A stretch of 53,294 nucleotides of DNA from a virus. Lineage: Duplodnaviria; Caudoviricetes. The position numbers and the translations under genes were made by a program. Every line of letters begins with the position of its first letter. Position 1 is the first letter of the stretch. The stretch lies in IMG/VR virus record IMGVR_UViG_3300009120_000072, positions 1 through 53,294 of that record. One strand, given 5' to 3'. The notes under the pieces were generated by a model that made no database searches, was not told where the DNA came from, and worked only from the letters and a program-made list of their open reading frames with translations. This document shows positions 9,314 to 18,660 of this stretch, piece by piece.

Positions 9314-9603
9314 GAAAGTTTCGCAAAGAAGTTGATTATTACTGGTACAACTTCGATAAACTCGTCAACAGCAAGAATACGGATGATAAGAAATGGATCA
9401 AGATAATTTCCGATATTAAAAAAAAATATGCCGGAACAAACATCGGTGAAATGATCCGGCTGAAGTACGAAATGAAGCAGAAGGAAACAAACATCTTGTA
9501 CCTTCTGGGAATCGAAAGAACAACATATTATGCCTGGTTGAACAAGCTCACAAACGAAATCACTTTACGAGCTGCATATGAGCGGCTGATCAAACCATTT
9601 TAA
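9310..9603 (+). CDS. Probable RinA/ArpU-like late transcriptional activator
   Basis: C-terminal HTH-like LGIERTTYYAW. Confidence 0.5.
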   Translation: MRKFRKEVDYYWYNFDKLVNSKNTDDKKWIKIISDIKKKYAGTNIGEMIRLKYEMKQKETNILYLLGIERTTYYAWLNKLTNEITLRAAYERLIKPF

Positions 9604-9635
9604 TATCGATACGATAACAAAAGAAAGGTAAATAC

Positions 9636-10145
9636 ATGGAAAACTTAATAAATCACTTCTTCGAGAAAATGAATGAAGAAATGAAAAATGAACACTCGCC
9701 ACTTGAAGATAAAATTCATAACTGGCTATGTGATCAGGTTAATGACATTGAATTAATGCAAGCTGTAGTCATTGAAGGTAAAAGTATCAAAAGCGCTGTT
9801 CACTACTTTTTCGATAAGCTCGCAAAAGAATCAGTGAAGATAGGAAACAATGTTTCATACGCAGGTTGTTCTGACGATGAAGGATATGCAATCGTTCGCG
9901 AGTATTTCTTGAGCGACTTAAAAGAAGTGAAAGCAAGTCAACTGTACTCGGTTCAATCCAAAGGCAAAGAGCAAAAGAATCAACCAGTGGATGCCGAACA
10001 AAGTAAAGAAGTTGAAAAGCCGAAGAAAGTCGAAAAGAAGGCAAAACCGAAAAGCGATGATTTAATATCAATATTTGATTTTATCGATGAACCGGATGCA
10101 TCCGATGAAGAAGATGGCGAAGATGAAGAATCAGACAACGATTGA
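9636..10145 (+). CDS. PcfK-like protein
   Basis: GKSIKSAV, SDDEGYAIVREYF, acidic ISIFDF tail; precedes PcfJ; homologous to 47070-47585. Confidence 0.75.
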   Translation: MENLINHFFEKMNEEMKNEHSPLEDKIHNWLCDQVNDIELMQAVVIEGKSIKSAVHYFFDKLAKESVKIGNNVSYAGCSDDEGYAIVREYFLSDLKEVKASQLYSVQSKGKEQKNQPVDAEQSKEVEKPKKVEKKAKPKSDDLISIFDFIDEPDASDEEDGEDEESDND

Positions 10146-11607
10146 GCAGCTCGGAATTGAAATTCCACTTGAATTTGACATGACAGAACTGATCCGAAAT
10201 CATGCCAAGCATTATATGTTCCGGACCGGTAAAGAGTACATCTGTTCAAATTGCGGTTGTGTCGCTTTAGATGATTACTACCACTGCCCAAAATGTCATG
10301 TTGAACTTAATCCGAAAATCATAAGAAGCAATACAAACTACGAAAAATTGAACAAAGAGTTCTGGGTAATTAAACTTCAAAAGCTGTCGGATCGTATAGT
10401 CGAAAGATGGTTCATTGCTACACAAAAAATTAACAGACAATCATTGCAATTTGAAACATGGTATGAAGAAGTCGAGCGGAAAACCATTATGAATGGCCAT
10501 ACGAACATCATCAGAAAAGGATACTATCCGAATCCAAAAGAATGGCAGTTTGGCTACTACATGGATTCATACATGGGTAAAACACCAAGAAGAAAAATTG
10601 AATTGTATCCATTAAGAATGGATGAGTGGCTAAAAGACACAGAACTTCGATACACCACAATTGGAAATTATATTGACAATGAAAGTGAAAGAAAAATTAG
10701 CGGATATGGAGTACCTTCATACTGGGTATTTAACTACTTGGCATTTGCCGCCAAATATCCTTGGATCGAGCTATTATACAAAGCTGGTTTAAAAAAGTTG
10801 TGGAGAGATGTCCTGGCATCAACTGGTGGAACAATCGACATGCGTATATTCCGACCATCGATCATAAAAAAGTATCGGTCACAGTTAATTAAAATTGATG
10901 CTGGATATGCGCACTTCGCCGCAATACATTATTTCACAAAAAACAAGTTGGCATATGACTTGGAGTTAGTAAAGTCAATCAAAGATACAGTTGAAGCTGC
11001 TGATTTAATCAAAATAGCCAAAATCACAGGAATGACCATTTCAAAAATAAAGCGCTATTTGGATGAGATCGTTGGTACATGCGGTACAGGGAAAATGCAT
11101 TACTTTGACTACTTGGATATGACCGCCAAAATCTATAATAGTGAATTCACCGAGCAAATGGCATTTCCTAAAGATCTGATAAAAGCACATGATGATGCAG
11201 TTAAGAAATTCAACGCAATTAAACATGAATTAGACAACCAGGAATACAAGAAGCGGTTGGATCAGCTGAAGAAATTCAAATATCGCAATCAGCATCTGGC
11301 AATCGTTGTACCGATGAAACTTGAAGAAATCCTATTTGAAGGTATGAAGCTGAACCATTGTGTAGGATCATACATCGATCAAGTGAAGGCAGGCAAAAGA
11401 ACAATACTGTTTATCAGAAAAACGGATGATATGGAAAAACCATTCTTTACGATTGAATACTCCGGCGATCGAATCATCCAATGCAGAGGAAATGATAACG
11501 ATGATGCACCGGCAGAAATCAAAGAGTTCACTGAAGAATGGCAGAAGTGGCTGAAGAAGAGAAATCAAAAGAAAGGCGCAACGGTCGAACTATTGGCCGC
11601 AGCATAA
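10123..11607 (+). CDS. PcfJ domain protein
   Basis: YFDYLDM, FPKDLIKAHD, EGMKLNHCVGSY, ILFIRK, IIQCRG. Confidence 0.9.
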   Translation: MKNQTTIEQLGIEIPLEFDMTELIRNHAKHYMFRTGKEYICSNCGCVALDDYYHCPKCHVELNPKIIRSNTNYEKLNKEFWVIKLQKLSDRIVERWFIATQKINRQSLQFETWYEEVERKTIMNGHTNIIRKGYYPNPKEWQFGYYMDSYMGKTPRRKIELYPLRMDEWLKDTELRYTTIGNYIDNESERKISGYGVPSYWVFNYLAFAAKYPWIELLYKAGLKKLWRDVLASTGGTIDMRIFRPSIIKKYRSQLIKIDAGYAHFAAIHYFTKNKLAYDLELVKSIKDTVEAADLIKIAKITGMTISKIKRYLDEIVGTCGTGKMHYFDYLDMTAKIYNSEFTEQMAFPKDLIKAHDDAVKKFNAIKHELDNQEYKKRLDQLKKFKYRNQHLAIVVPMKLEEILFEGMKLNHCVGSYIDQVKAGKRTILFIRKTDDMEKPFFTIEYSGDRIIQCRGNDNDDAPAEIKEFTEEWQKWLKKRNQKKGATVELLAAA

Positions 11608-11621
11608 AGAAAGGTAGCAAA

Positions 11622-11789
11622 ATGAAAATTAAAGATTTGATTAAAGCATTTGCAACAACGCAGCCAAAAGCAGAAATTGAGCTGTCACCATTCATCCGGC
11701 CAGCTGGCCAGGGTTACAACGAGTTTGTGCGCTATTGCATGGCAAAGCGAATAAGTAACCAAAGGAAGCGCAAACAGCGCAGAGCGTAG
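11622..11789 (+). CDS. Small basic hypothetical protein
   Basis: AGAAAGG RBS before MKIKDL. Confidence 0.55.
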   Translation: MKIKDLIKAFATTQPKAEIELSPFIRPAGQGYNEFVRYCMAKRISNQRKRKQRRA

Positions 11790-11793
11790 CGAT

Positions 11794-11943
11794 ATGGAAG
11801 CGATACTGACACACATCGGAGCAACGATGCTCGGTGCAATCTTCGGATTCTTCCTAGCGGCACTAATGGCCATATCCGGAAGAGATTCCGATCGTGAAAT
11901 GATGCAAGAACTTCCGGATGACATGAAAGCGAAAGCGAGGTAA
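11794..11943 (+). CDS. Small single-TM protein (DUF3789-like), not in the ORF track
   Basis: MEAILTHIGATMLGAIFGFFLAALMAISGRD, 49 aa; analogous ORF at 48909-49013. Confidence 0.55.
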   Translation: MEAILTHIGATMLGAIFGFFLAALMAISGRDSDREMMQELPDDMKAKAR

Positions 11944-11948
11944 CAAAC

Positions 11949-12224
11949 ATGATTATTAAAAACACCAACAGCTCTATCTTGGGTGATTACGAGCTGATCG
12001 TAGTAGAGTTCAAAGCAGTTATACCGGCGCTAAAAGTCGGTGAAGAGGACTTACAAAACGAATACGCTCTGGTTGGATACACATCGACCAAAGGTGTGAT
12101 CCTAGCGGTATTTGATACTGAAGAAGAAGCAATTAATAACCTGAAAGCGATCTATGGATTGATTCCTGCCGGAATCAGTTTGGATAGAAATGATATGAAG
12201 ATCCATCCGGTCGAAATCCGATAG
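11949..12224 (+). CDS. Hypothetical phage protein
   Basis: ORF with RBS in the early operon. Confidence 0.65.
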   Translation: MIIKNTNSSILGDYELIVVEFKAVIPALKVGEEDLQNEYALVGYTSTKGVILAVFDTEEEAINNLKAIYGLIPAGISLDRNDMKIHPVEIR

Positions 12225-12237
12225 AAAGGTAACAACT

Positions 12238-12576
12238 ATGTCTGATGGAATTAACAAAAAAGATTGGGAAATATATGCAGACACGAAAATGCGACTTGAT
12301 AAAACATTCGGTTTCGAGCATGATCCAAAATCAATTGTTCGATTAGCAGAAGAAATTGAGAATTATCGAGAGACGATCAAGTTGCTGAAAGAAGAATTAA
12401 AAAAGCGATCAGAACCGATTGCAGCTCCTTTATCTGAAACGTTAGAATCAAGTCCGCTTCATCAAGTGACTGTTAACGGAAAAACGATATTCGATGCTCG
12501 AGATGCGTATGAAATGTTTGGTGATTTACCAGACGTTCAACTGATCATAAATATCAATATTGAGCAAAAAAATTAA
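12238..12576 (+). CDS. Hypothetical phage protein
   Basis: ORF with AGAAAGGT RBS. Confidence 0.65.
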   Translation: MSDGINKKDWEIYADTKMRLDKTFGFEHDPKSIVRLAEEIENYRETIKLLKEELKKRSEPIAAPLSETLESSPLHQVTVNGKTIFDARDAYEMFGDLPDVQLIININIEQKN

Positions 12577-12683
12577 GGTCGAAAATATCAAAAAGTATTG
12601 CCTTCCGGAAACGTGCTGAAAATCCACTGTTCAATAGGGTTTCTGGCACGTTCCGGACATGTAATATAATTTAAGGGTTATTT
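12577..12683 (+). other. Conserved non-coding element, copy 1 (hairpin + dif/lox-like core)
   Basis: GGTCGAAAA..CAAAAAGTATT, stem TCCGGAAACGTGC/GCACGTTCCGGA, loop CACTGTTCAA, then AATATAATTTAAGGGTTATTT; homologous to 45017-45123. Confidence 0.75.
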
Positions 12684-12715
12684 ATCACTATGTATTCATA
12701 GAAAAGAGGTTAAAA

Positions 12716-13342
12716 ATGGCATTAAAAAATGAAGAGATTGAAGCTGGTATAAAACGAAAAAACGAGCTGAATTCATTCTTGGAACGTTACGAAGTCAAAA
12801 GCAGAGAATTTGCCAACCTGTGTAATTTAGCTGAACAAAACATGTATGCATACCGGAAAGGCGGATCCAGAATCACCGATAAAATGTGGAAGATCATGCA
12901 AGCAGCCATGAAGAAGTATGAAGCTGAAAATATAGTCAACGGAAAGAAGTATCAGATCCTGCTTGATGACTTCATCAAAAGATACAAAGTACCAATTCAT
13001 AAGCTTGCGGTGTATTCGGATATCACCGAGGAAGGTATCAGAAACTACTTGTCCGGCACTTGGGCGATTACCGATCGGAAGTGGTTATACATCAAACAAG
13101 CAATGAAACGGATAAAAGAAGAGAACTCGAAGGTTGATCGCAATAAGCGGCCAAACCTGGTGCTTGATTACATGGTCAAAAACTTAAAAGAACATCACAA
13201 CACAATAGTCATGAAGAAACATTGTGCGCATCGAGAAGATGAATTGCTGGATCAGTTAGCCGCAGCCGGATGTGATTGCAACATGACCGATACAGAATCC
13301 GATCACTACATGCTTGAAATCAAAGGGAGGTGGAATAAATGA
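12716..13342 (+). CDS. Protein with two tandem XRE-like HTH repeats
   Basis: Repeated unit Y.V....A....Y..G...ITD..W....AMK. Confidence 0.65.
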   Translation: MALKNEEIEAGIKRKNELNSFLERYEVKSREFANLCNLAEQNMYAYRKGGSRITDKMWKIMQAAMKKYEAENIVNGKKYQILLDDFIKRYKVPIHKLAVYSDITEEGIRNYLSGTWAITDRKWLYIKQAMKRIKEENSKVDRNKRPNLVLDYMVKNLKEHHNTIVMKKHCAHREDELLDQLAAAGCDCNMTDTESDHYMLEIKGRWNK

Positions 13343-13548
13343 TAAAGCCGGAATTCATGCAGCAATATTGGCAATGGTTATATGAAGATGGTGACTGGTA
13401 CATCAGCCGCACAGTACACAGCAACTTCACAACGGATCTAACAAACATGCAAAGTGGCAACTGCTTCGAAAGTTATAAAGAATGTGCAGCGCATCCAGAG
13501 GTGCGTGATCGCCTGGCAAAACACATCGTAAAGGAACCAAAACTATGA
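13339..13548 (+). CDS. Hypothetical phage protein
   Basis: ATGA-coupled ORF with GGGAGG RBS. Confidence 0.6.
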   Translation: MIKPEFMQQYWQWLYEDGDWYISRTVHSNFTTDLTNMQSGNCFESYKECAAHPEVRDRLAKHIVKEPKL

Positions 13549-14102
13549 ACATGAAAGATTATCAATTCAAATCTATGCGGACATTTCCGCCGCAGCTGAA
13601 CGAAACAAGAATCGAGAACGGAGTCATCGGTCTATTCGGTGAAGGCGGTGAAATCGCAGATCTGTATAAAAAGTTTAAGTATCAAGGACATCCGATGAAC
13701 CGAGAAAAAATGATCGAAGAATTAGGTGATGTATTATTCTATTGCGCAATGATTGCAACCGGTTTGAGAACAACGCTTGATAAGGTTGCAGATCAAAACA
13801 TCGAAAAGCTGCTAAAAAGATATCCGGATGGCTTCACACCAGAACGAAGCATGAACCGAGAACCGGAACCGCCGGTGGTGGAAATCGTCGAGGTAGAACA
13901 AGAAATTATTGAGGTAGATAAAAGGCTTGCAAGCCAGCTCATTGAGAGCAGATCGCCTGAAGGCTTATTCTGGATCAAAGAAAATAATAGATATATCGGT
14001 ATCGATAATTCAATGGGTGAAGCATGGGTAGAAGAATTCGATAGTTATGAAAATATGAAAATATGGCTAATTGGCGGAAAGGCGTTCGAACATGAAAGAT
14101 AA
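13545..14102 (+). CDS. MazG-like nucleotide pyrophosphohydrolase with C-terminal extension
   Basis: GLFGEGGEIAD, EELGDVLFY, NIEKLLKRYPDGF. Confidence 0.9.
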   Translation: MNMKDYQFKSMRTFPPQLNETRIENGVIGLFGEGGEIADLYKKFKYQGHPMNREKMIEELGDVLFYCAMIATGLRTTLDKVADQNIEKLLKRYPDGFTPERSMNREPEPPVVEIVEVEQEIIEVDKRLASQLIESRSPEGLFWIKENNRYIGIDNSMGEAWVEEFDSYENMKIWLIGGKAFEHER

Positions 14103-14268
14103 GATGGTTCTGGTGACAAGAGATATGGTCAAAGAGTTTGTAATCAAAGGACTGGAAGCGGATCATATAGTCACAGATTTGCAAAAGGATGAAATCGGCC
14201 GGCAGCTGGAAAAGAGCATGAAGGATGAATGGCTTGTAAACATGAGAATGGACTTGAAAAGTGAATAA
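14092..14268 (+). CDS. Hypothetical phage protein
   Basis: Short ORF in a tightly packed operon. Confidence 0.5.
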   Translation: MKDKMVLVTRDMVKEFVIKGLEADHIVTDLQKDEIGRQLEKSMKDEWLVNMRMDLKSE

Positions 14269-14422
14269 GCACTGCGACAATTGCAGATTTAATGACAACG
14301 GATTCTGCAACATACATATCAGATTTACAGCCTGGATGTTCTCGAATTATTGTGATCACTGGAAAGAGAAAGAAGGTGGAACTGATGAATCACATCAAGA
14401 ACAAAGGAACGCTGCCATGTGA
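14261..14422 (+). CDS. Small Cys-rich protein, not in the ORF track
   Basis: GTG start, NKHCDNCRFNDNGFCNIHIRFTAWMFSNYCD; homologous to 45598-45753. Confidence 0.75.
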   Translation: MNKHCDNCRFNDNGFCNIHIRFTAWMFSNYCDHWKEKEGGTDESHQEQRNAAM

Positions 14423-14828
14423 CCATTGTGGCAAGTGGTCAATCTTGAAGAATGTTGATAATAAGCTCTTACTATGTTGCGAATGCAAAAAGGAATACGA
14501 AAAAAACAAACTTGAAAATGAAGTTCATGAAAAATTGAAGTGTTGCGCAGTTCAAACGTGCAATGGCATTATGTACGATATTGACGAGGAAACCATTGAT
14601 GAGTTAGTCAAAGAATACTTTGAAAAGAGTTATGATAAAAGAAAAGGTTTCAATGGATTCTTTAAGTATATTGGCATTGAACCGTATGGCAGTACAGTAA
14701 GGGGAAGTTTTGAGTACGAACCTCAATTCCTCATGTATGTATACGAAACAATAGTGAAGCAGCAAAAAGTAAGTAGGCACATAAACAAATTAAAACGCAA
14801 GTATGGTAATAACTTGCTAGATTGGTAA
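14385..14828 (+). CDS. Zinc-ribbon-containing hypothetical protein
   Basis: KNKGTLPCDHCG...LLLCCEC; N-terminus homologous to 45167-45361; start moved to MNHIK. Confidence 0.7.
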   Translation: MNHIKNKGTLPCDHCGKWSILKNVDNKLLLCCECKKEYEKNKLENEVHEKLKCCAVQTCNGIMYDIDEETIDELVKEYFEKSYDKRKGFNGFFKYIGIEPYGSTVRGSFEYEPQFLMYVYETIVKQQKVSRHINKLKRKYGNNLLDW

Positions 14829-15019
14829 TGAACATGATAAAGGCATCATTTAAACATATTAAGCCGGAAAATAGAGCTGCATCATTAGTTGGACTAATCA
14901 GAGCTTTTACATCATTGAGCGATCCGATCATTGCGATTGATATGATCAAAGAAACGATTCAGAATTACGAAGAAGAACAAAAAAACGAAGGCATCAGCGA
15001 TGAGAATAGGCAAGTTTAA
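14828..15019 (+). CDS. Hypothetical phage protein
   Basis: TAATG-coupled ORF. Confidence 0.5.
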   Translation: MNMIKASFKHIKPENRAASLVGLIRAFTSLSDPIIAIDMIKETIQNYEEEQKNEGISDENRQV

Positions 15020-15251
15020 AGTCAGCCAGAAGCTGCTGAAATCCAAGCGCATTGATTACAAGTTTTATCTTCAGGTATTATTCTTCACTGTGATTATAAT
15101 GAACGCTGATCCAGTAGGTGATGATGTTGAATATAAGGCCATATGCGATCAGTTTGATGACATCGAAGATGGTGAAGCAATTCCAGATTATGAAGTGTTT
15201 ATCATTGAAAAAGAAAACAGAGTTGAATTTAAGCGTAAAGTACCGGAATAG
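15000..15251 (+). CDS. Hypothetical phage protein
   Basis: Last ORF of the early operon. Confidence 0.6.
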   Translation: MRIGKFKVSQKLLKSKRIDYKFYLQVLFFTVIIMNADPVGDDVEYKAICDQFDDIEDGEAIPDYEVFIIEKENRVEFKRKVPE

Positions 15252-15311
15252 TACGGTACTTTTTTAATTTACAGATTATGTTATTTTCTGAATAGAAGAG
15301 GTGAGGCAGTC

Positions 15312-15758
15312 ATGGCAAAAAGTAAATGGCCAAGCGTTAAAGAGAAATTACATCTCGTAGAGAGATGGGCTAGGGATGGCCTGACTGAAAAACAGATCGG
15401 AAAAAACCTCGGAATATCGCATCAAACGATGGAAGAATACAAAAAAAACTACACTGAATTTTCTGTAGCCATTAAAAAGGGTAAGGAAGTTTTAATATTT
15501 GAACTCGAAAATGCGCTTATAAAAAAGGCATTTGGATACGAATACGAGGAATCCAGAAAGTACATCAAGGATGAAGATGGTACAAAAACAACGTATACAG
15601 AAGTAACAAAGAAACATCAACCACCGGACACAGCAGCGGCATTTATTCTCCTTAAGAACAAAGCGCCTGAGAAGTATGCTGACAATCCGCAGCTGTTAGA
15701 GCTTAAGCGACAAGAGCTAGAACTTAAGAAGTTAAACATTGAACAGGGTGAATGGTAA
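15312..15758 (+). CDS. HTH protein at the head of the packaging module (terminase-small-like)
   Basis: WARDGLTEKQIGKNLGI, ENALIKKAFGY, PPDTAAAFILLKN. Confidence 0.7.
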   Translation: MAKSKWPSVKEKLHLVERWARDGLTEKQIGKNLGISHQTMEEYKKNYTEFSVAIKKGKEVLIFELENALIKKAFGYEYEESRKYIKDEDGTKTTYTEVTKKHQPPDTAAAFILLKNKAPEKYADNPQLLELKRQELELKKLNIEQGEW

Positions 15759-16468
15759 TGGCTTCGTTCCGATTACTATCAGACTTTTATAAGAGCAACG
15801 AATGGATTAACTTCCGGCGCATGCTGATGATAGAACGAGCGGATCCAGTCAAAGGTTTATGCTGCGAATACTGCAACCAACCAATACTAAAAGACATTGA
15901 ATGCATCGGCCATCACAAAAAAGAACTGACTGTTCATAACGTGAACGATGCAAACATATCACTCAATCCGGACAATGTCATGCTGGTACACCAACGATGC
16001 CACAACGTGATTCATGATCGTTTCGGTCAGTGGATGTCGCAGAAGGTGTTTATTGTATATGGCGCTCCATTGTCTGGTAAGACAACCTTTGTTAAGGAAA
16101 GCAAAGGAAGAAGAGATATTGTGCTTGATATGGATGAACTGTATCAAGCTGTCACTCTTTTATCTGCATATGACAAGCCAAATGAATTGGCGGTAAATGT
16201 GTTTCAGATAAGAGATTTAATCATTGACCAAGTAAAGACACGAACCGGCAAATGGCAACAAGCCTGGATCATTGGCGGTTATCCTTTGCAAACAGAACGT
16301 GAACGCTTGGCCAATCATCTTGGCGCTGAATTAATCTTCGTTGATGCAACAGAACAAGAGTGTATTGCTCGATTGTACAACGATGAAAAGAAATTACCTT
16401 ATCGCTCGGAATGGGAGCGTTATATAAGGGATTGGTTTACCAAGTTTCGACCGGATCAGTCCTCCTGA
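15752..16468 (+). CDS. HNH endonuclease fused to a P-loop domain
   Basis: CEYC..GHHK..LNPDN..CHNVIH, then GAPLSGKTT. Confidence 0.88.
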   Translation: MVMASFRLLSDFYKSNEWINFRRMLMIERADPVKGLCCEYCNQPILKDIECIGHHKKELTVHNVNDANISLNPDNVMLVHQRCHNVIHDRFGQWMSQKVFIVYGAPLSGKTTFVKESKGRRDIVLDMDELYQAVTLLSAYDKPNELAVNVFQIRDLIIDQVKTRTGKWQQAWIIGGYPLQTERERLANHLGAELIFVDATEQECIARLYNDEKKLPYRSEWERYIRDWFTKFRPDQSS

Positions 16469-16530
16469 CAGATCCCCCCCACACCAAAAATGATCCGGTC
16501 GGCTTGGGAACTGTCAAAAGGTCAACAGAT
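16469..16530. other. Probable cos/packaging region of prophage 1
   Basis: Non-coding gap with a C7 run between HNH and small terminase, the usual cos position. Confidence 0.45.
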
Positions 16531-16627
16531 GCACGCAAAGGGAAAAATTCAGATTTCCGAAAAAGTGTCCGGAAATACTCCAAAAGTGAAGTATTGATTC
16601 AAAAAAGTCAAGAAAGGCGGTGATGTT

Positions 16628-16975
16628 ATGGGAAATTCAAAGCCATTGAATGAGCTAGATAAATTATTGTTGATATTTGAAAAGGTCGAACCGGCCAAGC
16701 AACAGTTGGTAGAGAAAATGGTTGAACATACCGCCTTCTTATCTGACCAGTTAGATCAGCAAAAAGAGATGATCAAGCAGCATGGCATGGTGAAAATACA
16801 TCCAAACAATCCGAACTTACAGAAACCGACCGAAGTAGGAAAACAGTATTTAAAAACTCTTCAAGCCTATTCGCTGGCAATAAAGACATTAAACAGTGTT
16901 TTGACAAAGAATGCGGTGGATGATGATGACGAGTTCGATCAGTTTGAAAAGGAAGAGTATGACGAACTATCTTGA
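16628..16975 (+). CDS. Terminase small subunit (P27-like)
   Basis: Position before TerL; helical with an acidic DDDDEF tail. Confidence 0.75.
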   Translation: MGNSKPLNELDKLLLIFEKVEPAKQQLVEKMVEHTAFLSDQLDQQKEMIKQHGMVKIHPNNPNLQKPTEVGKQYLKTLQAYSLAIKTLNSVLTKNAVDDDDEFDQFEKEEYDELS

Positions 16976-18656
16976 GCAATACCAGGCAATCACATCAGAA
17001 AAAAACTACAAGATTACTTACCTAGAAAATTACTTTGATGAGATCAAGACCGGCAAGATTATTGTTGGCCAAGAATTGTACACCGTATTGAGCCAGCTGA
17101 TCGCCGACAAGAATGATGCAAAATGGATCTACGATACCAGGGAAGCAAATCGCCGAATCCGGTTCATCGAGAAGTTCTGCAAGCATAGCAAATCACCGTT
17201 TCATGGAAAACCATTCATCCTCGAATTGTGGGAAAAAGCATTTATTGAAGTCATCTATTCATTCAAAAAAGCATCCACCGGATTAAGACGATTCAAGAAA
17301 GTCATTCTGCTGATCAGCCGGAAGAATGGAAAATCAACACTGGCCGCAGCACTTGCATTCACTGAATTAATGCTTGGGAATGGTGGATCCGATATCGTAT
17401 GTTCGTCCAATGACGATGCGCAGGCCGGTATTATCTTTGATGAGATTGCCAATATGCGTGAGCTGTTTGATCAAAACAATAAGCGCACTCATAAGAACCG
17501 AAAAATCATCATTAACAAGAAAAACAAATCGAAGGTGTTCAAGCTCACCGAAAAAACGCAGAAAAAAGAAGGTTACAACATCGAATTTGGCATACTGGAT
17601 GAATCTCATGAAATGAAAGATAACTCGATCGCCAAGCCGATTCAGCAATCTCAGTCGACAAAGGATGAGCCGCTATTCATCAATATCACAACGGAAGGAT
17701 TCATCAACGATGGATATCTGGATAAAGAGCTTCAGTATGTCCGCCGAGTGATTGGCGGTGAAATCGAAGATGATACGGTGCTTGCATGGTTATATACGCA
17801 GGATTCCGAAGCCGAAATCTGGCAGGATGAAAGCAGCTGGTACAAATCAAATCCTTCACTTGGCTTGATCAAGAAGTGGGATTACTTGAGAGATGAGATT
17901 AATAAGTCAAAGCATGATAAAGGCGATCGGATGTTTGTACTTGCCAAAGATTTTAACATAAAGCAAAACAACGCTGAAGCCTGGCTGATGGAGCAAGATT
18001 ATGTTAACAACTCAAAGTTTAACCTGGATGACTTCATCGGATCAGTAGCACTCGGAGCGGTCGACTTAGCCGAAACAACTGACTTGACTTGCGCAAAGGT
18101 GCTGCTGATGCGCAAAGGTGATCCGACAAAGTACATTCACACCAAGTATTTTATTCCGGAATCAAAGGTCACACAGGGGTTCATCGATGATAAAAAAGAT
18201 TACCTAGAGTGGGCAAGAAAAGGGTTCGTTGAGATCACCGAAGGTAACGAAGTAGACTTATCAAAAGTGGCCGATTGGTTTGCCAGTTTATACAAACAGC
18301 ACAGTATTAGGCTATATAAATGCGGTTATGACAACCGCTTTGCCAAAACATGGCTTACATCGATGGATAACTACGGATTTGAAACCGAACGTGTCGATCA
18401 AAACCGATGGACAATGAGCAATCCAATGAAACTGCTGGAAGCCGATTTAAAGGCCGGACTGGTCAACTATAACGATAACGAAGTAGATCGTTGGTGTTTA
18501 GGAAACACCGCATTGAAAATTGACAATCTCGGTCTGGTGATGCCGGTCAAAGTTCAAGATGCAAGAAACCGAAGAATAGATGGTGCGGTTACAAAGATTA
18601 TTTTATATGCAATGTGGCAGCGTTATCGAACGGAGTTCCTGGAAATGTTGAGGTGA
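16959..18656 (+). CDS. Terminase large subunit
   Basis: LELWEK, SRKNGKST Walker A, ILDESHE Walker B, AVDLAETTD and RIDG nuclease motifs. Confidence 0.95.
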   Translation: MTNYLEQYQAITSEKNYKITYLENYFDEIKTGKIIVGQELYTVLSQLIADKNDAKWIYDTREANRRIRFIEKFCKHSKSPFHGKPFILELWEKAFIEVIYSFKKASTGLRRFKKVILLISRKNGKSTLAAALAFTELMLGNGGSDIVCSSNDDAQAGIIFDEIANMRELFDQNNKRTHKNRKIIINKKNKSKVFKLTEKTQKKEGYNIEFGILDESHEMKDNSIAKPIQQSQSTKDEPLFINITTEGFINDGYLDKELQYVRRVIGGEIEDDTVLAWLYTQDSEAEIWQDESSWYKSNPSLGLIKKWDYLRDEINKSKHDKGDRMFVLAKDFNIKQNNAEAWLMEQDYVNNSKFNLDDFIGSVALGAVDLAETTDLTCAKVLLMRKGDPTKYIHTKYFIPESKVTQGFIDDKKDYLEWARKGFVEITEGNEVDLSKVADWFASLYKQHSIRLYKCGYDNRFAKTWLTSMDNYGFETERVDQNRWTMSNPMKLLEADLKAGLVNYNDNEVDRWCLGNTALKIDNLGLVMPVKVQDARNRRIDGAVTKIILYAMWQRYRTEFLEMLR

Positions 18657-18660
18657 TAAC

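Noticed and set aside
9619-12237. Recurrent (A)AGAAAGGTA motif before several early genes as cassette recombination sites
   Set aside because: Position and spacing fit ordinary Shine-Dalgarno sequences.
14292-14384. N-terminal part of ORF 14292-14828
   Set aside because: This DNA encodes the conserved Cys-rich protein in another frame; homology with prophage 2 starts at MNHIKNKG.
16411-16623. 70-aa ORF between HNH and the small terminase
   Set aside because: Overlaps the HNH gene out of frame and spans the probable cos region.
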